Shown: positions 1-10,861 of the stretch, piece by piece | Numbering within the stretch: position 1 is the first letter of the stretch | Layout: the number at the start of each line of letters is the position of its first letter | Source: Gnetum montanum | Taxonomy: Eukaryota > Plantae > Gnetophyta | Assembly: GCA_015680685.1 (NCBI GenBank) | Contig: MNCI01000690.1 | Span: 584,319 to 648,206, forward strand | Direction: 5' to 3' | Length of the DNA: 63,888 bases | Position numbers and translations under genes: made by a program | Notes under the pieces: generated by a model | Seen by the model: only the letters and a program-made list of their open reading frames with translations | What the model was told of the DNA's origin: nothing | The model's database searches: none

Positions 1-559
1 ACCCTGAACCAATGCAACCTTGGTTACCAAATGCTATTCATTACTAGGATCACCAAGCGTAACGCACATGCTCAAAGCAGTCGTACTGAATCCACTTAAC
101 TATGGGAAAACGGTTGAGAGAGGTTTAATTAACTAATAAAGAATTTAAATGATAAACAATAAATAACAGTAATTAAAATCCTAATTAGCTTAGTCCATGC
201 ACTGCAAGGTTTATCCAAGAAGTTCGTCTTTATTTCCGTACACAAACTTCTGTTCAGGTACAATATTTTCTCGAATGAAGATCCATTCACTTTGGAGCTC
301 CTACTGCAGGCACATGGAAATTATTCTATCTCTAGAGAGGTAAAACTACCAGATTTTTGCTACAGTTTAGGCCTAAACTATGAAACAAGGGAGAGCCGCT
401 TCTTATTTATAGATTTGATGGTGCACTGCGATATCGCGTATGCGATATCGCAGGGGAAGATGTGATATCACATACACGATGTCGTGGGGGATGCGATATC
501 GTGGCGGACACTATATCACATACGTGATATCGTGGCCCATGCGATATCGTGTCCCATCA
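1..559 (-). mobile_element. LTR fragment (Athila-like gypsy), truncated by window edge
   Basis: Ends in ...GTCCCATCA (TGATGGG on minus). Minus-strand TATA (tatttatag ~404) and a GCGATATCGC repeat cluster at 428-550. Positions ~200-550 align visibly with the LTR-like segment at ~56200-56500 (tgttcaggtaca, ctcctactgc.ggcac.tggaaa, tatttatag, gatatc repeats). Confidence 0.65.
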
Positions 560-749
560 ATGAGTAAAAGAAAGGTTGTAATGGATAAGTAAAAATGCAA
601 ATGAAAGTAGCAACTTAGGCTATATGCATAAAGAATAAAACAAAGTACATAAGAAGGTATAACAAATTAAGACAGAAAGGTTAGGCTATGTGGCTATCAA
701 TTCATCTAGTTATAAGGGCATGGAAAGGTTAATGTGCACTTCATTTGCA

Positions 750-1113
750 CAAATTCTTCTTAATCTTTGAAAGATTAGGGAATGAGTAAGGTCTACTTTG
801 CACAAGTTTATATTCCCCATCAACTTCACTAATGATGTTAAAAGGGAGTTCATCCCAAAATGCATCCCATTGCTTATTATTGTTAGCATTAGGTTGTTGC
901 TCTCTCTTAGGTTAACGGACTTTGTAACTAGGAGTTTCCTCCTACAGCTCCACCTTATACCCTTGCTCTATGTTCACATTGTTGATAGCGAAGGAAACGG
1001 TGCTATCATCATGGATAATGATTTCACCTCTCTCGTAAGAAAGGTGAATTTCTTGATGGATGGATGAGCAAATGGTTCATAATTTAGCCAACAATGATCT
1101 CCCAAGGATAAGG
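750..1113 (-). pseudogene. C-terminal part of Tat/Ogre aspartic protease region (left of nested insertion)
   Basis: Minus translation LILGRSLLAKL*TICSSIHQEIHLSYERGEIIIH resembles the NLLLGRPW..(STLHQKLKF) protease motif and joins in frame with the sequence right of 10861. Confidence 0.7.
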
Positions 1114-1118
1114 TTGAA

Positions 1119-1628
1119 TGTGACATCTTGTTTTCAAATGTCGTAAAAATACAAATGCTTAATTTATTACATTCACTATTTTCTTAGATAATATATCGAA
1201 AACATTATAAATACTTAATAAATGAATTAACTAATAAATAAATAAATGGTACTAAAGAATTAAACAAGGAAAATGGAAAAATTATATTAATGGAAGAGAA
1301 TACTGTAACACCCTTTTGGGTTGTCTTCCTATGTTATGTAAGCCTTAGAGGAAATCTGCCACTACCACCATGGTTAGGCTATCCTACCAAAGGGGTGATC
1401 AATATCTTTTTGTCCCACTTCACCTGACTCCCATTACTTACCTTTTCCAGCTCCAAAACTCCATGCCCAACACGACCTCTAATCCCCACCTTAAATGGCA
1501 TAGGTCAAACCCTTTTCCAAGGGATACATGAATAATTGTAACCCCTCATAACTAGGCGCCCCTTCATTAGAAGGTTAATTACATTGTTTACAATTGTTTC
1601 CACCCTTAACAAGGGATGGGACATTACA
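1119..1628 (-). repeat. 3' LTR of chromovirus element
   Basis: TG...CA termini. Colinear with 10347-10856 at roughly 85-90% identity by eye, mostly transitions. Confidence 0.95.
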
Positions 1629-1630
1629 AT

Positions 1631-1640
1631 CTACCCCCCT
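1631..1640 (-). other. Polypurine tract (PPT)
   Basis: AGGGGGGTAG on the minus strand, 2 nt before the 3' LTR TG. Confidence 0.85.
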
Positions 1641-4600
1641 TAAGCATCTAGCTTGTCCTCGAGTGCTTCTTCTATGTCCAGCTGCTCAACTGCTGCTTCA
1701 TCATTATGCTCTTCAACTTGAATTCCTTTATTTTCCTCATTATCATCTATACAAATAAAAGATCAAAAATTATAAACATAATTTATTACAGCCATAACAA
1801 ATACAATTTATTATTTAATATCATGATGTTCAAAAGGTTGAGGATAAGTATTTAAAATAAACTTCCTATTTTCCCAAGTCTGTTGATCANTGGTTTAACT
1901 TCAAAGCTGGTGTTGGATCATAATGGTAAACTATTCCAATATAACACATATGGAACATCATTTTCATGAAATTTCATTAGCAAACTCACATAAAAAACTA
2001 GATGAATTTTAAACATTTCTAAAAGATTCAATTGATATGCTACTTCACCAATTCTTTCAGAAATTTCAAAAGGTCCACAAAATCTAGGTGCCAATTTAGT
2101 ATATTTTTCCAATTTAAGAGAACTTCTAGTAGGTTTTACTTTCAGTAATACTTCATCTCCTACTTGAAATTCTTTTTTAAGTTGATGTTGATTTGCATAT
2201 CCTTTATATTTATCTTGGGTAACTTGTAAATTTTGTTTTACTCTTGTGAGAATGTTTTCCATAATTTTCATTTCTTCTTTCTTCCATTCCATTCTTAAGG
2301 TTGGATTTACCCAGGTTATTGGTGTACGGCAATTACGTCCATATACTACTTCGAATGGTGTTTGATGTATGAACCTTGATAATTGTTATTATATGAAAAT
2401 TCTACCAGATGTAAATGATTCTCCCACGTTTTTGGTCTACTCCCAACATAGCTTCATAGGATATCTTCTAATATTCTATTTACACATTTAGTTTGTCCAT
2501 TAGTCTAAGGGTGATAAGTTGTGCTAACTTTTAACCAAGTTCCAAGCTCTTTCAAGAAATTTCTCTAGAATTCAAATATGAACTTGGGATCTTTGCCGAA
2601 GTGATAGATTTTGGACAATCATACAATCGAAATACTTCACATACAAATTTTTGGGCTAACTTTTTGTTGTGTTTCTAGATTTCAAAGCTATAAAATGTGT
2701 CATCTTTGATAGACGATCAACTACTATGAAAATTGAGTTATTTCCCTTTTTGGTTATTGGCAATCCTGCAATGAAATCTATAGTGATAACTTCCCATTTC
2801 CAGGTTGGAACTTCTAGAGGTTGTAATAATCCACTAAGTTTTTTCTATTCATCTTTTATTCTTTGACATTATGGAAAATTTTTAATGTATGAGGACACAT
2901 CATTCTTTATTCGAGGCCAAAAATAAGATTTGTGAATTATCATATAGGTCTTAATATAACCTGGGTGTCTTGCGTATGGTACTTCATGTGCTTCACATAA
3001 CAACCTTAGTCTCCAATTTTCTTCCAGTATGCATACTCTTTGACCTTTCATTGATAAACCATTACAAGTAAGTTGATATTGAGGCTCATAGGAAATATTT
3101 GTTAAAATCTTTTTAAAATAAGGATCATCTTTTATTTGTCCCTTGATTTCTTCTTCCATAGGAGTTGTTACGACACCTATCATTAAATTCCACATTCGAC
3201 TGAGGGCATTTGCTACCACATTTTTCTTATTGAGAATATATTTGATTTCAAAATCATATTCAACCAATAATTCCATCCATTGCCTTTCACAAGTATTCAA
3301 AATAGGTTGTCTTTGCAAATATTCTAGACTTTTATGTTCTATTTTTAGTACAAACCTTTTTCCTCAAAGATAATGTCTCCAGACTTTCAGAGCATGAACA
3401 ATTGCTAATAATTCTAAATCATAGGTTGAGTAATTTACCTTGGCTCCTCATAATTTACGAGATTCATAACATACCACTTTATCTTCTTGTGAAAGAACTG
3501 CACCAATTCATATTTCCCAAGCATCTATGGATACTTCAAATGATAATTCTTCATCCAAAATTATCAAAATAGGTGTTGTTGTAAGGAGCATCTTTAATCT
3601 AAGAAAAGATTCCCTTCATTTTTCATCAAATTTTAACACATGTTTCTCCTGCAGGTCAGTTAATGGGGCTACCAATGTGGAATAATATTTAATGAAACAT
3701 CAATAAAAATCAACTAAACCTAAGAAACTACGAACTACTATAACATCTTTTAATTTAAGCTAATCCCAGATCACACTAATTTTTGCTAGATCTAGTAGCA
3801 ATCCTTTTTTGGAAACTATATGTCCTAAGTATGAAACTTCTTCCTTAAAGAGTTCGCATTTACTCAATTTAGCTTTTAGTTAATGTTCTTTAAGAATTTC
3901 CATTGTAATTTTCAAATGTTTGATATGTGCTTCTCTTGGCTTAGAATAAAAAAGTATATTATCCATAAATACTATAACAAATTAATTAAGATATTCATGA
4001 AAAATATTATTCATTAATGTCATGAATGTTGTAGGTGCATTAGTTAATCCAAACAACATCACAAAAAATTTGTATAATCCATATCTGGTTCTAAAAGTAG
4101 TTTTCTCAATATCTTTCTCCTTAATCCTTATTTGGTGATAACCAAATTTTAAATCAGTCTTTGAGAAATAACATGCACCCATAAGTTGATCAAATAAATC
4201 ATCGATTCTAGGTAAAGGATAAGTATTTTTAATTGTCACTTTATTCAATGCTCTATAATCGATGCATAATCTTAGTGTACCATCTTTCTTTTTAATGAAT
4301 AAAACTAGTGCATCCCAAGATGATACACTTGGTCTAATTTTTCCTTCTTCTAATAATTGGTCTAATTGTACTTTTAATTCTCTTAATTCTAAAGTAGAAA
4401 ATCTATAAGGAGCTTTTGAGACAGGTTGTGTACTAGAAAAAATGTCAATGGCATGCTCGACAATTCTTTTTGGAGGTAGTTCTCTGATTCACCAAATACT
4501 AAATCTTTATATTTCTTAAGTTCATTCCAAATCTCAACACTTGAAAATTTTTGAGGTTGGGCTACTCTAACAAACAACATTATAGCACCTTTTTTTACTA

Positions 4601-6254
4601 ATCTTTTAGCTTGCTTAATAGTTATCATATGAATTTTCTTTGCTGTTCCTACCCCCCTTAGAACATTGACTCCATCAGTGGTTGGGACATTTAAAATATG
4701 AGTTCCAAAGTGGGCAATAACATCAAAGTTTTACAAAAAAGGCATTCCTAAATTGCATCAACATCACCTAGTTCAAATTCAAAAAAATTCATCAACAGGA
4801 GGCATGTTTTGCAAGGTAATGTTAATTTCTCCATACCTGGTATGTTTGCTCACACTTGTTCCATCTACCAATTCTATCTTAATAATTTTCTTAGAAGGTA
4901 AACTTAATTTCAATAAATTAATTAACTTTGGAAAAATAAAGTTATCACTCGCACCATTATCAATCAAAACTTTACCTTCAATTGAACCTTCAAAAATGAG
5001 TAAAGCAAATTGAAATTTATGCAAACCTGATTTAGTTTATGCAAATATCTTCTTCATTGTTATAGTAGTGATTGAATTTTTCCCTTTACTCATGTTTGGG
5101 TTCGATTTTGGATTTCTAATTTGGTTGGTCCTTTGTATTTTTGCTCAAAATTTTGGGCAATCTCGTTTGAAATGATCTTCACCACAAATAAAACATATAG
5201 ATGCTGATCAAGCTTTTTTCGTTGGTGTCTCTTCTACCATTACTTGTGGAAAAGTAGTTTGTCGAAGAGTTGTTTATCGAATGGTAACTTGTATCTTATT
5301 TGATTCCTCATAATCCTTAGCAATTCTATATGCTTCATCAATGGTTTGAGGATTATGAGCTCGTGTTTGGGGATGTAATTGAGCATGTAGTCCTCTAATG
5401 AATTTTAAAGCTAATTCTCTCTCATCCAGGTGACTTACATACTAACAAAGATCTTAGAATTCCTTATAGTAATCATCTACAAATCACCCTCCCAACCTTA
5501 AGGAATCAAATCTCATTTTTCACTCTTTGAGAAAATAATCAAGAACAAATTTTTGTTCAAAATCTCGACAAAAATTAAGCCAATTTGTAATTAAACCTTG
5601 AGATCTTAGTCCATTCCACCATGTTACCGCAAGTCCTCTTAAATACAAGGAGATAACTTCTAAATGTTCATGGCTTGACAAATTCCACATATCAAAGTAA
5701 TTTTTTATTATATCAAGCTAATCCTTTTCCTTAGCACTAGATCTAAGGGCTCCATCATAATGATCTAATTTTACTTTCTTAGCATGAACTTGTATCAACG
5801 ATTCTCTAGGTGAATTAAGCCAGTTCCCATGTCCCTCATCTTCAATTTTAATTCTATAGCCTACAGGAGGAATTTCGATATCCTATCCACTAGTAGGTAG
5901 AAGTTGTGTTTGGTGTGGATCCTTAGAAGGGAGTTGATCTTGGTGTTGATGTTGTTCCCTAGGTAGACTATGGGTAGGTTTTGAAGGTTGAATAAGATGG
6001 TCAATTAATTGTTTGACGGAGTCTGCAAAGGAATCCATCTTTCCTTGCACATCTGACCATTTATCTTCCAAACTTTGAGATAATTTCTTAATTTTCTTAG
6101 ACATATTTTGCATCTCTATCCTAAACCCTTGGTTTGAGTGACAAAGTTCTTCTTGAACACCCTTGATCTCATTAATTTAATCTTCAAGGGAATTCATCTG
6201 ACAATTGACTCAAGCTTCCATTTCTCTCCAGTTTATTCTTTGGATTCCAAACAT
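1640..6254 (-). pseudogene. gag-pol (gag, protease, RT, RNase H, integrase, chromodomain) with stops and frameshifts
   Basis: Protease [32 protein letters not shown]. RNase H WMELLVEYDFEIKY..NVVANALSR. Integrase Zn-finger HEVPYARHPG and GPF motif KLAPRFCGPFEI. Chromodomain remnant QQTWENRKFILNTYP (~1845-1890). Start position approximate. Confidence 0.9.
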
Positions 6255-6844
6255 CGGTAAGTTGAAAAAATTAGGTATGTTAATAATCCTCAGCCTCTAT
6301 GGCCCTTTTTATGGGATTTGAAATCATTTAGTTAGTTGTGGAAGAAGTTGAAACTGTTATGGATTTCTCACCGAGTACTGAATCTTAATTATTTTTGGGA
6401 CCTAAAACAATGAATTAAATGCTAATTTTCTATAGTCCAAAAGCTAAATCTAACTATTCCATTGAGTCCAAAAGGTTCAAATCTATTAGAATCAATTTTT
6501 TATTTGGTTGAAAATGGACTCAAAATTCAAAAGTTATAGCTATTTTAAGTTTTTTCAACTTTCACATTTTTCAAGACTTTCCAAGAGCTTACCCATCTCA
6601 ACTCTACTCTAGAACATGCACACTTAATGATAAAATTTTTATTTATGTTGTTACCGTAGCACCAATTTAAATTTTTGTAAATAATTGAGGACATTTTCTA
6701 TTTAAACTAAAACTAACAGGCACAAATTTTTTTTGAAAAATTTTCGTCAGTTCACGAAAATTTCAGAATTCCTGTTAATTATCGAAAAAATTCAATTTTT
6801 CCATCAATTCATGGACGACCCATTTCAGGTCCACACGATGGCCA

Positions 6845-7100
6845 GAAGGTGATGATGGGATGGCATAGCAGACAGTGATGAATGACATGAGAGGTGATGA
6901 TGGATGGTGCGAAAGACAGTGATAGGCAACACGGAAGGCAATGATGGACCATGCAAGAGGTAGTGATGGGTGGTGTGGAAGGCAGTGATGCGTGGCTCAG
7001 GAGGTAGTGATAGACTACACGAGAGGCAGTGATGAGCGGTGTGGAAGGTAGTGAAGGATGGCTTTGAAGGCAATGATGGTAATGACGAGAAGGCAGTGAT
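6845..7100. repeat. Degenerate ~22-bp periodic array (core RGGYAGTGATG, ~12 copies) in GC-rich leader segment
   Basis: Cores at ~6845, 6870, 6890, 6913, 6934, 6957, 6978, 7001, 7023, 7044, 7066, 7088. Looser GC-rich repeats continue to ~7500. Confidence 0.8.
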
Positions 7101-7918
7101 GGCATCCACAGTTGCAAGTGACGTGCAATTGTAGGCAGTGTGTAGTTGCAGGCGATGGTAATGCTGCACGATGTAGGGCAGCAGGGTTGCACACTGTAGA
7201 GTGACAAGCTATGCAATGGTGGAAAAGGCATAAGAGATAGCGGCAGCAATGGTTGCGCAAGAGATAGCGACGTGGGCAACAATAGGCGACAGCAGGATAG
7301 TATGACGAACAATGGTGCAACAATGGTAGGTGATCGATAGCAATGTGAGCGAAGTGGGCGGTTGATGATGACAAGGATATGCAGGTGTGGGTTTCTTTTC
7401 TAGTCCCTTTCTTGGGCTAGCCTTAAGGGCCAAACTTATCAACCACGGCCTTGCGACCTGGCCGCAACCTTGCCACTACTCGCTGTGACTTGCTACAGCC
7501 TTGCTGCAAGCCCTGGCATTTTTTTTTAATAATATTTTTTAAATGATTGGGGCTTCAGTTTGAACCTGAGACCCCTTGTTTTATTAATTTTTTTAATTAA
7601 AAAAACATTTTTTAAAAAAAATTAATAAAGATAATATATATATTTTTAAATTTTTTTAACTTTAAACTACACGAAAAATGAACATATCCTTCAAATTTTG
7701 ATGAAATTGGTACCGTTGGAATCATCTCAAAGAGTGCTTTGAGTTAAACTACAAATAATTCTACTTTAATAAACCTAAAAATCCAAAAATCCAAAAAAGT
7801 GAACGTTAACTTTTTCTTTAAAAAGTATACATTAGCTTTTATTAAATCTTTGGTTATCTTAGGTTATACTTTCTCTAGGCTTTAGAGAAGCTTGAAGATT
7901 TTCTATTATAAAAAATTT

Positions 7919-10111
7919 ATGGCTTCCAAATGTCAAGCTTCATCTTAAGCCCCTTTCAGTAGCTCTTTATTGCCTAATATTTTTTTTACACCAAAATAAT
8001 GTCCTTTCTGATTGGGTTCCTAGCTTGCTTTGTAGAGACAGTTTTCAGCTCCTTACCGCTTCTAGATTGGCTGATTTACTAGTTTTTTCAATTTTTAAAC
8101 TTTCCCAATGCAAGAGTATTCTTTCGAAGTGGTTTGAGTAGCATGATAATGAGAAAAGTTCTATTTTTCAATTAGTTTTTGAAGCAATAACAATCCTTCC
8201 TCTTGATATTAAAGTGATCTTAAGTTTTCAGCTAGGAGATGATTCTTTAATTCTTTCAACTCATTCTCAACAATTTAAATCTTTTTGTAAGAAGGAATTA
8301 TCCAATTATGTTACTAATTCTGCCATTCACAAAAACCAATTTGCTCGTAAAGATTTCGTTAACGATGTTCATTTTGAGTTATGTCTATTCATCAATAGCA
8401 AGGTTTTATGGTATAGATAATAACCTAAAGTTAATTCTTATTCTATTTTCATACTTCATGGTGTCATAACTAGTAGAGTTATGATTGGTCATTGTCTTGT
8501 TTTTCTGGTTGGTATACTGTTATGACTAAAATTACTATTTCCCAACAAAATCCTTCCAAATCTTATATCCTATGTTGTATATCCTTGATCATGTGTATGA
8601 TCCTAAGTTATGATCATCCCAAGAAACTTTTTACTCATTACAATCCTTAGTTGTGCCTTGAATTTCTTGAAGATGAGGGGGTTATAAGGATCAAGATTCT
8701 ACATGCCAAGAAAGGTCAACTAGCTTTACAACAAGCTTGGAGTCAAGAAGAAATTAGTGAGGTATTTTCATGTTTCATTATTTTTTTGTTTGTTGATTAT
8801 GTTTTTATTTTATGTATTTGACAATGCAATCTGAGCTGCAGAATGAACCAACGCAGAGTGTTAAAACTACATAGGTTGAAGAAATTCAAGGTACTTCATC
8901 CTTTGGTATGGTTCAATCACAAGAACAGATCTCACTCTCTATTCCCAAGGTATATATATTTAAATAAAACTTACTTAGTTTAATGTCTTATCTCTATTTT
9001 TTTTTCTAATAATTTTTTTTTATATAGAGGCAATGTACTAGGCAAAGTTCTGGTAGTCCAGTTATTATAAGACAACAAACCCAACAACAGGCTCCACAAT
9101 AATCCCAACAAATTCAGTAGAGTTTAATACAAGATAAAGGAAAATAAGCAAAGGTTAGTTTTAGTTATTTAAAGGTTAAAATACTTCCCTTATTCCTTTT
9201 TATGATGTTGATTTTTAATTTTATTTTTCTTATTTTTATTTTTATTATTATCTTTTTCTGTTGTAGAGGTCTATGAAGCAACAATACTTTATCCAAGAGA
9301 TGGATAGAGGTGATGTAGGTGTTACTTCTGCATAGACTCCCAATCTACCACCTAGATCACCAGTCGTGCCTTCTTTTTTTGTGACACGTGGAAGAGGTTT
9401 TCTTTCATAGGTAGCACCAACATTATTTTCTGAGTCTATTTCAATGACTTCTTCTTTCTCAATCTCAAGATCTTCTTATTCAATAGAAAAAATAGTGGTA
9501 GCTGCTAAAGAAAAACTTGTGCTTCTTCAGCGCATTAGCCAACAAATCTCAGATAATAAACCCTATTCTATTCGTGAGGGCGTCTACCATCTATGGGAAT
9601 CTTGGTCATGTGACTTCAAGGAAAGTTATGATTTAATACAAGCTGGAGTTCCATCACCTTTTCATCCAATTTCTGAAGATGCTCCAAATGTTGTAAAAGG
9701 TCTGGAGCAACTCTTAGAAAAATTGGAAAGTGCAACGCACTATGCTCGCCATTTAGTAACTTGTTAATGATTTTTTCAAATTCATAATGATCAATTTCCA
9801 CGTAATATTTATTGTTATTTTTTTTATATTTGTTTGTTGATTTGCTTAGAACTCATAATTTAAATCTTGTTTTGCAGAGGAAAGAGAAAGAATGGCAAAA
9901 AGACATAGATGATCGATTAATACAAATGGATATGTTACAAACCTAACTTAAAGAAAGGAGAAGGCATGCAACTAAATATATTAAACAATTGTGTGATGGA
10001 CTAGCTAGATGCAAAGTAGTGCTTAGCAAGGTAGATGCTACTACTAAAGAAAGAGAATCCCAATTGAACATAGTTATAGATCTTCTTGAATCTTTTGGTC
10101 ATAAAAAATAA
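7919..10111 (+). pseudogene. Five-exon antisense accessory gene of the retrotransposon: PMD/MAIN-like N-terminus, Q/S-rich linker with DKGK, coiled-coil C-terminus
   Basis: Exons 7919-8761, 8842-8949, 9028-9153, 9267-9755, 9878-10111 (1800 nt). Four T-rich GT..AG introns of 80, 78, 113 and 122 nt, all phase 0. Exon 4 is in frame with ORF 9444-9767. Internal stops are TAA/TAG (interpretable as CAA/CAG), plus two compensating frameshifts in exon 1. AATAAA signals at ~10215-10300. Confidence 0.8.
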
Positions 10112-10332
10112 TCATAGTTGTCTTGCTTACATTTTCCCATTCTACTTCTTTTCCCTATTCTTCTTTTTCTATAGCCTGCTATGTACTTCCTCTCACTCCC
10201 CCTTGATTACCAAAATAAAATAAAATAAAATAATTTTTTCCTGTACTTTCTTATTTTTCTCAAATGTACTTGTGTTTTTCAATAATAATAAAATAAAGTT
10301 TTTCTTCCACTTTGGCTCCTGAATTATGGTTT

Positions 10333-10344
10333 GCTCTTATACCA
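10333..10344 (-). other. Primer binding site (tRNA-iMet type)
   Basis: TGGTATAAGAGC, one mismatch to TGGTATCAGAGC, 2 nt from the 5' LTR end. Confidence 0.9.
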
Positions 10345-10346
10345 AA

Positions 10347-10856
10347 TATGACATCCCGTTCCTGGATGTCATAAAAATATGAATGCTTAATTTATTACAT
10401 TTACTATTTTCTTAGATAATATACCGGAAACATTATAAATACTTAATACATGAATTAACTGGTAAATAAATAAATGGTACTAAAGAATTAAACAATGAAA
10501 ATGGAAAAATTATATTAATGGAAGAGAGTACTATAACATCCTTTTTGGTTGTCTTCCTATGCCACTTAAGCCTTAGAAGCAATCCAGCACTGCCACCATG
10601 GTTAGGTTGTCCTGCCAAAGGGGTAATCAATCCCTTTTCTTCCTACTTCACCTAGTTCCCATTACTTGCCTTTCTTGGCTCCGCAACTCCATGCCCAGCA
10701 TGACCTCTAACCCCAATCTTAAATGGCATAGGTCAAACCCTTTCCCAAGGGATACATAAATAATCGTAACCCCTCATAACGAGGTGCCCCTTCGTTAGAA
10801 GGTTAATTACATTGTTTACAATTGTTTCCACCCTTAACAAGGGATAAGACGTTACA
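10347..10856 (-). repeat. 5' LTR of chromovirus element
   Basis: Direct repeat of 1119-1628. Ends ...GTTACA followed by TSD TTGAA. Confidence 0.95.
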
Positions 10857-10861
10857 TTGAA

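Larger units (their letters stand above)
1119..10856 (-). mobile_element. Full-length chromovirus-type (Tekay/Reina-like) Ty3/gypsy LTR retrotransposon, decayed
   Basis: Two 510-bp LTRs (1119-1628 and 10347-10856). 5-bp TSD TTGAA at 1114-1118 and 10857-10861. Met-type PBS, PPT, and gag-PR-RT-RH-INT-chromodomain order. Confidence 0.95.

Noticed and set aside
6845-7100. CRISPR-like repeat-spacer pattern
   Set aside because: Eukaryotic retroelement context, degenerate ~11-bp cores, ~10-bp spacers, and no cas genes.
6809-7442. Overlapping His/Cys/Ser-rich ORFs in several minus frames
   Set aside because: By-product of the GC-rich periodic repeat. Open in multiple frames with no domain signal.
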